DNA of 64,000 nt, taken from assembly GCF_009914755.1 (NCBI RefSeq), contig NC_060934.1. The stretch is one strand, 5' to 3'. Of the stretch, positions 38,790 to 50,723 are shown in pieces. Below the pieces are notes generated by a model. It was not told where the DNA came from. It ran no database searches and saw nothing but the letters and a program-made list of their open reading frames with translations. Position 1 is the first letter of the stretch. Every line of letters begins with the position of its first letter. Source of the stretch: the human T2T-CHM13v2.0 reference genome, Homo sapiens. The position numbers and the translations under genes were made by a program.

Positions 38790-39492
38790 CTATATATTAT
38801 TTACTGTTGTATATCAAAAACATCCCCAAAACCTAGTGGCTTAAAATACGGGCAGACAAACTTTTGTAAAGGGCAAGAGTGATGTTTTAGACTTGGTGGG
38901 CCATGTGGTCTCTTTGGCAACTCTCAACTCTGTTGCAGCTCCACAAGAGTAGCCATAGACAGTATGTCAGTGGATAAGTGTGGTGGTGGTGTTCCAATAA
39001 AACTTTATTTACAAAACATGTGCCAGATCAGATTTGGCCCATAGACCCCTGATTTAAAACCATAGTTTATTATTTCTCATGACTCTGTGGGTTGACTGGG
39101 AAATTCTGCTGGTCTTGTCAGGCTCACTATTGCAGGCAGCTGCAGTCAGCTGGTAGCTCAGCTGGGGCTGGCGGGTCGAAGGTGACATCACACACATGCC
39201 TGGGGCCTTCATGCTGGCTGCCGGCTTGGTTTATCTCTCCATGTGGTCTCTCATGATTCAGTAAGCTTGCCTAGGTTTCCTTACATGGTAGCTGAAACAT
39301 TCCACGAGGACAAAGGCAGAACCTACATGCCCCTTGAGGCCTAGGCTCCAGAACTTACACAACTTATGCTGCATTCTGCTGGTCAAAACAAGCCACAAAG
39401 CCAGACCAGGTTCAAGGGGTGGGCAGTAGACTCCACCTCTCGAGTCTACAGGGAGTTGCTCAATATCATCGTCATTATTTTTCAATCTACCC
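38790..39492 (-). mobile_element. MaLR LTR (MLT1H-like), interrupted by MER58A
   Basis: CCCCAAAAC.TAGTGGCTTAAAA..TCTCATGACTCTGTGGGTTGACTGGG..TAGACTCCACCTCT. Confidence 0.8.
38849..39051 (+). mobile_element. MER58A (hAT-Charlie MITE)
   Basis: TGTAAAGGGC..GGGCCAT..CTCAACTCTG..GCCATAGACA..GTTCCAATAAAACTTTATTTACAAAA..ACCCCTG. Confidence 0.88.
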
Positions 39493-40954
39493 CCAGAAAT
39501 AAACTGGAATGCCTTAGCTTTCATATCTCCGTAGAAATCCACAAGACTCCATGAGCAGTTTCAGCCCCTTGCTACCAGCATGAGTCAGTCAAAGCCAATT
39601 CACTAGCTGAATTATGAAACTAAGCTCTCTTATCAGCCTTGCCTAAGCCTTTTGATAGCTTTTCTTAGAATCTTGGTCTAATTCTGAAGGCAGCCCGAGG
39701 TAAGAAGATATGTTCACTGGGCCCTGGAAAGTAGAAACTAAAAGCCTATGGGAGACACCCGTGTTTACAAGAAAATGAAGATGCAGCCCTGTTAGCTTTC
39801 CCCATCCTGTTCCCTTTACCTGGATGCCACAAATAAGGGGTCACAGGGTGATACTAGACACTATAGAGCCTTAACATTTTCAACTAGATCATGAGCATTT
39901 CCTGGAAGTGTTTCAAACTTTCTCAAGCTTTCTTTGGGAAATTCTCTGAGCATTTTCTTATCTCCAAAGTTGAAATCAGAGCAATTTTTTTTTAACAAAA
40001 AAATTAAAATTCCTTGCTGATGTGGGCTATCAGATACTTCCTGTGGAATACTGATCTCATTATTTATAAGTCAAATGCTTTAGGATCAGTCTGCTAACAG
40101 ATGTACATTTAGTTGTAGTATGTCTTTGATTCATAAGCCAAAAGAAAAAATGTTTACTGATATAACATGTAATGCATTTTTACCTTTAAATAAAATTTCA
40201 TATAAAAATATAAATGTATTAAATATATACCTCTAGAGGCTAAGGAAATAGTAAAAAATATTTCTCCTTCCTCTGCTTAAAGCATTCTTTTCTAAAGTAG
40301 CCATTTTAAAAAGTCATCATCAAAATGCATGAAAATGGAACCTTCCCAAGACACCATTAATTCTCCCGTAGAGAAAGCCAATGTGGTTGATTATTTGCTT
40401 TATGAAAGTGTTGATTTTTTATGACTCTTTGTTTAAAGCTATTTATCATTGAAAAGGCTGTGCAAGGCCAGATATAGAATTCATTTTCAAAGGTAACTTA
40501 TACCAAAGAGGCAGCAGTGGTATTATCTGCCATGTGGACTTAAGAACTCTTGTTCTCTGAGTAGGTTTTAAATCAAAAGCGTTAAGTAGAGTTTAAGCCC
40601 CGTGTCATTTTAAATTCCAAGCTTTAGATCCATGAAGCATGGATTTTATGATGGAAATGACAACTGACCCTCATCTGTAACAAATACAGCAAACTAACTT
40701 TGTGGCTCCCTCAGTAATTCTGAGCAAGTAGTGCAGGCAGATAAGATATGAATGACTAGGAAAATGTGTATAAAATCAATTGCCAACGAGTGGTTCCTGA
40801 GGGCTTACCAGTTGTCCTCTCAATGTTCAGCTGGTGTTCCTGTCTGCCTGTGCCCTGGAAAGGGCTTCCTATCTGCCAGTCTCTCGGTAAAATTTTTTAT
40901 AAGCAACTTTACAGAATTTACCAGTATTTACTGGAAATAATAGTAAAACAATAG

Positions 40955-41200
40955 CAGTTACCACTTATTATTTACCATATGCCATGTACTAGGCTACATA
41001 CTTTCATGCTTTATGTCATTTTATCCTTACAACAACTCTGTGAGATAGTTTGCAGATGCTTTTCCAAGTTTTATAGACAAAGAAATTGAGGCTCACAACA
41101 TTTAATAATTTTCCCAAGGCTGCACAGATTATAACGAGCAATGCTGAGACTCAAACCCAGATCTGTCTGACTCAGACCCTGAGCTCTAATCTATTGCAAT
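40955..41200 (-). mobile_element. MIR
   Basis: ACAACAACTCTGTGAG..GAAATTGAGGCTCA..CCCAAGG..TCAAACCCAG.TCTGTCTGACTC. Confidence 0.85.
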
Positions 41201-43551
41201 AGTCTCACACTTAATCAACCACCCTCCTTGTGTTGCTATCTCCCTAATTACAGTGTAAGCTTCTCAAGAGGAGAGACATGCTATATTCTTCTATGGTATC
41301 TTCCAGGGTAACTGGTACAGACGTTCAATACAAGGAATTTATCTGCTAGTTTAAAAAAAATTGTATATTCATAATTCACTGAGGCTTAGAATATCTGTCT
41401 GAAAAGTCCCCATCTTTCAGGGAGTTTTTCAGTGCCAGAGCACAAAATAATTTTCTTTAGCGTTCAATTTAAATTTAATCAGCTAAAAACTCACAAACTA
41501 GCAAGCCATGTTTGGAATGAAACTCCAGTGAGGCTGAAACAATACAGGAGGTGAGGAGCAGACTTCTTGGAGAAAGCAAAAGAATATGCAAAGACGCATC
41601 AATTAATCATACAGTGCTTCGGATGATCAATGTCTCCTTCAACGCGCCACAGAGCTCTGGATTTGAGAGGAGTGTTAGCATTAAAGCTTGATAAAGTTAT
41701 AGTCATCTCACAAATTCCACTGTCACCTCATTAGATATGAAAAATAGAATGCTTTAGGACACTTGGAGATATTTTCAGTAAAAATAACATTTTTTTCTTT
41801 ATAAGGGAACTGAAAACCACCTCCTAATTGCATTGTGAGCAGTCATGACAGACTGCACAGCCAGTGGGGTCAGAGCCAGAGGTCTGGTAGTGTAAACTGT
41901 CCTCCAGCCTATGAGGGTTTCCTCTCCAAAGAGAAATTGTTGTTAAAGCCTTAATTGAGAGGTCAGTGGTCTTAGGACAGGCAGGAGATAAGCCACCAGC
42001 TATGTGAAGTAATGTTGACTTTGATCTGCCAGGCCTTTTGGCATAGAAAGAAAGCCAGCCTTGAGCCAGAGGTTCTCTAATCTTCTTAAAGATAAGCTGT
42101 AACTGTTTGGCTGGGGTGGGGGTCCAGAGCAGAGAAAGGATTTCTCTTTTTGTGCTGTGGCCAGACTTATGAATGACTCAGTTACTGCCTGACATCCCTG
42201 CCCAGGCTCTAACCATACTCCGGAATGGCAAGGCAACCTGTCCTAAGGGGGCTTGTTGGAAGGAAGAGTCTTGAAGAGAAGACCATTATATCTACGGGAG
42301 TTACCACCATTCCCTTCTCAGGAGCTGCTTTGGAAGATGTCCAGTGGATTATTTCTCCAAAGAAAGCCAGGATCAGCAGATAACTGATCAAAATGTCTCA
42401 GGAAAGGAAGTGTGGGTGGGAGGGAGAGAAGGAGAGAAGAAAGAAAGATTTGAAGAATTGAGTTGTTCGGGATCTCTGTGCAATTCCAAGTTTATGAAAA
42501 TAGAATCGTACCACTTAGCAATATATATATATATATATTTATAATATATATATATTGCAAGCATATATATCTATTTATTACAGTATGCATATAGCTATAT
42601 ATGCATATAGCTTTTTTATTTCTCCATAGCAAAAGATCAATTTATAGAAATTGGTGGAGGTTCGTCCAAGAAATGGAATCTTTCTGCTAGAAAGACAGCT
42701 CAGAAGTTGGTAAATTCTGCCTTGCCTCTCACTGATTGGAAATCACCGAAATGATTGATTCCTGGGATTGGAAACCACGCAGACAGGAAATAATGGGACC
42801 AAATGACTGAAGGGGATCTTGAGCACTCTCAGATGGAGAAAGGATCAGTGCCACTGTCAGGAGTCTTTGTATAACCCTTCTGCCCTTACAGTGTATTTTA
42901 AGGCGTCACTTTATAAAGCTTCAGCCAGAGAAGGGAGAGATTTGGGGTGCTTTACAAATGGGTGAGCCAAGATGCATAACTTGTGTTTGGAAAAGAGAGC
43001 TCAACTACAAGTAGCACCATTCAGAATAGACATGGATCCTCCAATCCCGAAGTTCAGAAAAAGTTTCTTCCATCCAGTCAGGCACTATAAACTCTGACCC
43101 AAACAGAACGTGGGCACCATCTACACTAACGTTCATCCCAGCAACCAAGACTTGGTAGGCATATGTGTACCCTTGTAGCTAGGCATGATGCCACAGTAAT
43201 GACTGCTTTCCACATCTAGTGGGCTAGACTGCACTTCCACAAGCACCATCTTGCTTTGACTTGAAGATTTCACAAAACTGCCATGAAATAGGTTGTGCTT
43301 ATTGCCACCTCCCTTTTAGATTTTCAGAACTGGGGTTCAAGAATCGTGGGTTTACATGTTTGGCTAATAAAGGTTGCTTAGCTAATAAGAGGCAGTGACA
43401 AAATCTGTACCTAGATCTTTGAATATAAGACAGAAAACATACTAAGGAGGCACCATGCAGCAAGACCCCAATGTCAACTTCCAACTAACATTTTATAGTA
43501 ATTGGTAATTTAGACTAGAAAGGAACCTCAGATGCCAACTCTCTTCAAGTC

Positions 43552-43561
43552 GGGAAATTCC
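43552..43561 (+). promoter_or_regulatory. Consensus NF-kB site
   Basis: GGGAAATTCC (followed by CC), same as the IFNB1 PRDII decamer; motif only. Confidence 0.4.
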
Positions 43562-43679
43562 CCATGGAAAGACATCCAGACCTAGACTCCCACTCATCCA
43601 GTACTTATACCATGGTGAATATCAATATCCATCATGGATCATCAGGGCGTCACCAGCCAATGGAGTCTTCACCTTCTAA

Positions 43680-43880
43680 AATATTGCTGGTTGCCATGGC
43701 ACAGGGAAAGAGAATGTGGTAAATTATGCTCTAGCTCTTGGCTCTGCCATTCACATTTCAAGGGCCAAATCAAGTCACATGATCACGCTTAACTTCAAAG
43801 GCGGGAGAGAAGTGCCACTCTACTATGTACCAGGAAGGGGGAAAAAAGAAGAATTAGTAAATGTCTTAATGGCTTTCCCA
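43680..43880 (-). mobile_element. Old MaLR LTR fragment (MLT1J/I-like)
   Basis: TCACATTTCA..GGCCAAA.CAAGTCACATG..TAACTTCAA.GG. Confidence 0.65.
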
Positions 43881-44964
43881 GAGTCCCTCTCATGAATCCA
43901 GGGAGATATTGATAATCAGTGTGCTCCATTGAAGTCAGTGGTCACAGATGTGAATTTTGTTAGTGTATTCCTTGAAGAACTTAGCCAAAAATGTTGTCTG
44001 GTATTCAACTGAGGAATGGCGTTATCTTAATGTAGCTGAAAAAAAAATGTCATAATGCCTGGAAGAGGCATCTTTGAAGATTTCACAGACAGACAGCAGA
44101 CCCAGGGAAGATGCTCAGAGGGGAATGCTTATTTTTTTGGAAGCACTGGGGTCGTAAAGCCATGATAAATGTACTCCCCATATCCCTCTACCAGTCTATC
44201 TTTTCTGCTCGTAAAAGAGATAGAGAGGAAAAAAGAAAAAGAAAATAGAAACCCCAAAAAGAAATCTGGAAGTAACTGCAGAGTGGGTTCTTGAAAGTGT
44301 GGCACAGTACTCTAGAAACAAACAAAGAACATTTGGAAAAAAAGTCTTTAGTTCTCCTGAAGACACAGAATTTCAAAGTAATCCAAAAGCCTCATGCCTG
44401 GTCCCCCTTCTTCCATCTCAAATTCTTGAGAACCCTCCTTGGAGCATGCTGAGAAATGGATCTCTAAGTCAACAAAAATTTAATGTCAATTTCTAAGCAC
44501 CCACAAATTCCTAAAATACAGCAATTTAATATTATTTATCATTTTGATATTATTTATCTCCAAAATATGCATTGCATCATTATCATCAATCGAATATTTT
44601 CCCAAAGGAACGAAATTAATTGCCCACCAGAAAAGTTTTGAAATGTTTACATGTATTGCTTTGTATAAGCATGAAAGTAGTGTGTGGGAGCCTGTTTATA
44701 AGTTAGCAAAGTGTTAGTAAACTCTGGTTTGACACTGATAAGGTTCATATGAAAGTCATCACTGAAACTGTTGCCTAAATAATAAACAGGATCTCTAGGC
44801 CTATCCTTTTTCAAGCATGCCTCATTAGATTAAAAAATATATACTGTACCCAGAAGAAACACATAGTATACAGAAAAGATGGCAGCATGATTGTTGCATT
44901 TAGTGCAATGTTTAGGGAGAAACAGCTCTTGGGGAGATCCAGTGTCTCACTGCCCAGGGTCTCA

Positions 44965-45122
44965 GTTGGGTCAACTGTGGGCAAGTCACTGAGCATTCAT
45001 TTTCCTCTTTTGCAAAATGGTGATAAGAATATTGCTTTTCCTATAGGGTTTCTGCCGGAACTGAATGAGATAAGTCTTGGAAGGCACCTTAAACAGTCCT
45101 GGCATATAGTAAGTCCTCAATG
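44965..45122 (+). mobile_element. MIR
   Basis: GGGCAAGTCACT..TTTCCTC..GCAAAATGG..CCTGGCATATAGTAAGT.CTCAAT. Confidence 0.75.
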
Positions 45123-45452
45123 GACTGGCAAACTGCCACTGTTGTCAAGCGAGCTTGGGTTTTCTCATGAGACAGACCAAACATCGTGATGCCTCAAAAG
45201 GGTCTTTCAGTAACCATGCCCTGCCAAGAGAAGACCTTGCAATTCAGTGTTTGGAAGGAAAAGACGGAATGCAGGAGACCCTGGACTTTTGCCCCACCAT
45301 CTAGGGGTAGATCTAGATCTGCCAGAAACCACTGGGTGATCTTGAATGGGTCACTGCAAATCAGCTGGACCGCAGCTTCTAAGAAACAAGAAATCTAAAT
45401 TGCATCCAAAGAAAAAAAAAAAAAACCAGCAGCATTAAAAAACAAGAAGACT

Positions 45453-45797
<345 letters not shown>

Positions 45798-48474
45798 TCA
45801 AAAGATATCTTACTGGGAGCTGAAACAGAGAAAATTGCTTAATGCAGCAATGCTCTGACTGTCACAGAGTAGGGAGTTCAGAGACCCACACCTGAGGACT
45901 CCTCTTCTCCCAGCTCCTTTCTGCACACTTCCATTGTGAGCAGTGCCTCCTGGGTTGTGCAGTGAGGGACCCTGACTATCTTGCACTGTGGCTCCCAGCA
46001 TAGTACCTGCCGACAGCAGAAAATCAATGCATGTTTGTGGACAGCCCATCTACTGGATTCTAGCATCTCCACTCCATAGGATTTTATACTCTGTTTGTAC
46101 TATGCTTGGCACAAGATCATGCCCACAAGCATAGCTCTTTGGTCATCCACAAATATGGAGAATTGATATTGGGCTAAGCATGGAAGAAAAAACAGAAACA
46201 GACCTGGTCTCTGCCCTCACAGAGGGTCATGGTAGAAGGAAGCATAGAGAATGGTGTTAGTCTGCCATGACTGGATTTGGGGCCTGGTTCTTCTACTGGG
46301 CTTATTCATGCAAATGTCTCAAGCAACTTTCCTAATTTCTGAGTGTCCATTTCATCTGCAAAATTAAAATAATATTCCCACTTTGTACACTGTTATGGGT
46401 CCAGATCAGATAACTTATAGAAAGCAACTAGCATATTGCCATCAAACTCAGAGCTCAAACGCCAGCCCCTTTCCTGTAGTGTTTCACCAAGAAGGGCACA
46501 GAACTGTTAAAAAGCCTGAGATTTTATTTGCCTCTATATTGTAACAATGCCTGTCTACCTTTGGGACTGCCCTGCCCTGACCCAGTTTCAGAACCGAGAC
46601 TGTCCAATTGTGTTCGCATTGGTGCATTAATCATGCAGCTCCTGAGTGAAGGGCTCGCACTGTCATGACTTTCATTACCTCCAGACCAGGCACTGGCAAC
46701 CACTCCACAGATCATTGTTCCAAGCAAGCCATTGTTCCAGCTTTTTCCTCTGGGCAAGCCTTGGATGGAGTAAGGTCTTCTCCAGCCTAGGAGGCTACAC
46801 TGTGCAGTTTCAGGGAAAGACAAAAGGCTGGATTCAGTCTGAACTCAGCCCGCACATGAAGCAGCTGCTCAACTAGCTGGAGCTCCAGGCCAGCTCTTGG
46901 GCTCCCAGGTCACAGGCCAAGCCCAGCCAGACAATAGAGGTGAGATGATGCCACCCTCCAGTGGGCAGGCAACACCCAGGAGGTGGGGCCTTTAGTCACT
47001 CACTTCATTGTTACAGTCATAAGGAAGGAAAGCATTTAGTTATTTTCTTTAGGGCAAAAATTGTCAAAGGAAGAAAAGAGCTGAGTGCTCTTAGCAGCCC
47101 TCCCACTGCTTCTACTAGCAAGCCCCTTCTGTCTACCTGGCCACCACCTGGTAGTGTTTATTTGTATAATAAAGGCTGAAACAGATTATACCTAGCCAGG
47201 GAACACATGCATTTGATAGAAGCTCATGTCTCAACTCCTTTGTAATCACTGCATTTTACACCTTTGTAATTTTCTTTGTGCTCCCTTGGAAGGCACCAAG
47301 CAATGGTTTTGTGTTCCCATCAGACTAACCTGATTTACAAACAAAACAAAACAAAACAAAATAAAACAAACAAAAACTTAAGAAAAAAAGATTTTTTCTG
47401 CACAGTAAAAATGTGTTAAGGTAAAATTGCAGGCCCTATTTTTAGGGGGGCTCCAAAGCACATTATCCACTGGCTCAGTACAAACACATACTACCCTACC
47501 CTGCTAATTCCACCCCCATAGAACTCCCTCTGCCTCTTCCATATAGGTTTTATCCACATTCAGCCACAGTGGAATTGCTTAGGCATGTGTGTGCCTTCCT
47601 TGTGAGTGGGGAGCTCCAGGAGAGCACATATTATGTCCAATTCATCTGCACCTGCCGCACAACACCCTGGGAAGGCGCATAGCACCAGAAAGTAGGACAA
47701 GCTTTCACATATATTGAGAAACTGCAGCTATGTGATCCCATATATTATCTCCAATACTAATATTATGCCTGTCTTCTGGAAAGAAATGGAAGTTCACTCT
47801 GAAATTCCAGGGATACTTTGCTCTTTTAAAGGAGTAGTTTCCCAGGTGTTTTTTAGACTTAGTGGACCATGTCTAAAATCTTTCTTTCCAAATAGCTCTA
47901 CTTATCACCCTATACCAACAATTCTCATCCATAGCATCATGACCCACTGGTGGGTCAGCTTCATTTGTGAGTTGCAGTTCAAGTAATTTTTGCTAGTGAG
48001 ACTTTAAGTAGCTAGGATATTAAAGTTTAAAAGACAAAAGAAAATTATAGCAGATTTCAGGCTGGCCGCTAATGACCTGTTTTCACTCATTTGTCTTCCC
48101 ATCTGCTATTCTGAGGGAGAAGGAGGTAGAGATGGGCGGTCCATCACCCTCTCCATCCTTTTCGGTCCTAGACACCCCAGGTCAGAGGGAGCCTCCATTG
48201 TTCATGTACTATCCTAGCTTTGGCAACACATTCATGGAGGGCTCTACTTCCCAGAAAATTTGCGGTGCAGAGTTTTTTGGAATCTGTGTTCCCCATGGAT
48301 TGTGATTGAGATCTATGCTGGGACAGGGGAAGACTGGCAACCCCTGACCTCCACTAGCACCTTTAGAAGACTTCAGATTATCAACTTCCTAAAATGGTTT
48401 TAGTTTAAAAAGCTACTCATCACTCAGCCCCATTAGAACTCCCCCAATCCCATGTTACAAAGAATAATATGTAG

Positions 48475-48796
<322 letters not shown>

Positions 48797-50342
48797 GGGA
48801 GTATTTTAGTGTACTTTTTCATAACCCTTACTTTAGTTTATTCTCAAAATTGCCCTAAGAAGTAGACCAAGAAAATATCAACTGTCCCGTTTTATGAATG
48901 ATAAATTGTTTCTATGTTCTAAAGAGGCATAAACAGCAGGGCAGGTGTGACAGGGACACACTGGTTTAAGCAAGCACGGTTCTTACTGAACAAGCAGTAA
49001 TGCAGTCTCAGCTTTGTGTAGCACAAAGAGAGGCCTTTGGCCAGAAACCACGTGTATTATTGTACTGTGAGATCAGCTTCTGCAGTAATTGCCTGGGGAA
49101 TATCCCCGCTCCCTATTTTTTTTTTTAAGCAATAAGCATTTTTGCATGAATCCAGAACCAGCACTCATGGACATATCTAAAAGAGCACAAAGCACTTTGG
49201 GAAGTAATTAGAATTTATGTTTTTTTAGTCCCATCTCTATATCACAAAAGACTACATGTGCAAGGATCGTAGATAGATTCACGAACGTAGAAATAGCCAG
49301 AAAAAAGACCCCAGAAATAAGGAAGCATTCAAGACCTAACTTTTGCTGTTGAGAATTTATTCCAAACAGCTCAGCAGAAAAACCAAGCTAACTTTTAAAT
49401 GGTGTGCACAAGATCACAGGGCTACTTTGCTTCATCAAGTACTTTTATTTGAAATTTCTAAAAATCAAAATAAACAAAAATTTAAAAAATAAGACCTATG
49501 TAGAAATTTAAAATTACTGAAAGATTGCAAATCTATCAAAAACATTTCACTTTCACAATACACATTAGTGCTGTTGTGTGAGAAGCCCATAAACAAGGTG
49601 TTTGCCTTGGGGGCCATGCCATCAATCCCAGCCTCAGCAGGAACATGCCACATAGTCATCAGCAATTGCACCGTCACATGTTGTCAATACATTTGAGTGC
49701 AGTAGGCATGTGCTCAGCTCTCCCACTTACAGCAGTTTCATTAAGGCTGTGTGAAGATTGAAGATTCTGGGTGGCAAGGGGTTCGCATTAGTAAGAACAC
49801 TTCCCTGCTTCCCTGAAAAAGGGGGCAGAAAGCTGGGGGCTTATTGGCTCATGTAACTGAAAATACAAGAGGTAGAGAATGAGACATGGTCACCAAGGAC
49901 GTGAATCAACAGTCTTATATCAGTCGTCTCTGCTCTTCGAGGCTGTAATGGTTCATTTTATGCATCAACTTGACTAGGTCTTGGGGTGCCCAGATACTTG
50001 GTCAAACATTATTCTGGGTGTGTCTGTGAAGGTGTTTTTGGATGAGATTAACATTTGCATTGGTAGACTGAGTAGAGCAAATTTCCCTTTCTCATGAAAA
50101 TGGGCCTTATCTAATTCCTTGAAGACCTGAACAGAACAAAAAGATGACCCTTCAGTAAGAGGAAACTCCTTCTGTCTGACTGACTTGATCGAAGACATGT
50201 CTTTTCCAATCTTCAGACTGGAACCAAAACATCCTTTCTTCTTGGGTCTTGAGACTGCCTGCCTTTCAATCTGCAACTTATACCATTGGCTCTCCTGGGT
50301 CTTCAGCTTACCAACTGTAGATCTCGGCACTTCTCAGCCTTC

Positions 50343-50634
50343 AGTGTTGTGTGAACATCATAGAGCATACTTATGCAAACCTAGATGGTATAGCCCACTA
50401 TATGCATAGGCTGTATAGTAAAGCCTTTTGCTCCTAGCCTGCAAACCTGTTAGTGTACCGAACACCGTAGGCAGCTGTAACATGCTGTAGCATGTTAGTG
50501 TACTGAACACTGTAGGCAGCTGTAACACAATGGTAAGCATTTGTGTATCTAAACATATAAAGATATGGTAAAACTATGGATTATAATCTTATGGGCTATT
50601 ACTGACAGAAATGTTGTTATGCAGCACATGACTC
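50343..50634 (+). mobile_element. Tigger3/Golem-type DNA transposon fragment
   Basis: GTGAACATCATAGAG..AAACCTAGATGGTATAGCC..ACACAATGGTAAG.ATTTGTGTATCTAAACAT..GCACATGACT. Confidence 0.88.
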
Positions 50635-50636
50635 TT

Positions 50637-50661
50637 GTGTATGTATGTGTGTGTGTGTGTG

Positions 50662-50721
<60 letters not shown>
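50637..50721. repeat. Compound (TG)n(TA)n microsatellite
   Basis: Directly visible. Confidence 0.98.
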
Positions 50722-50723
<2 letters not shown>

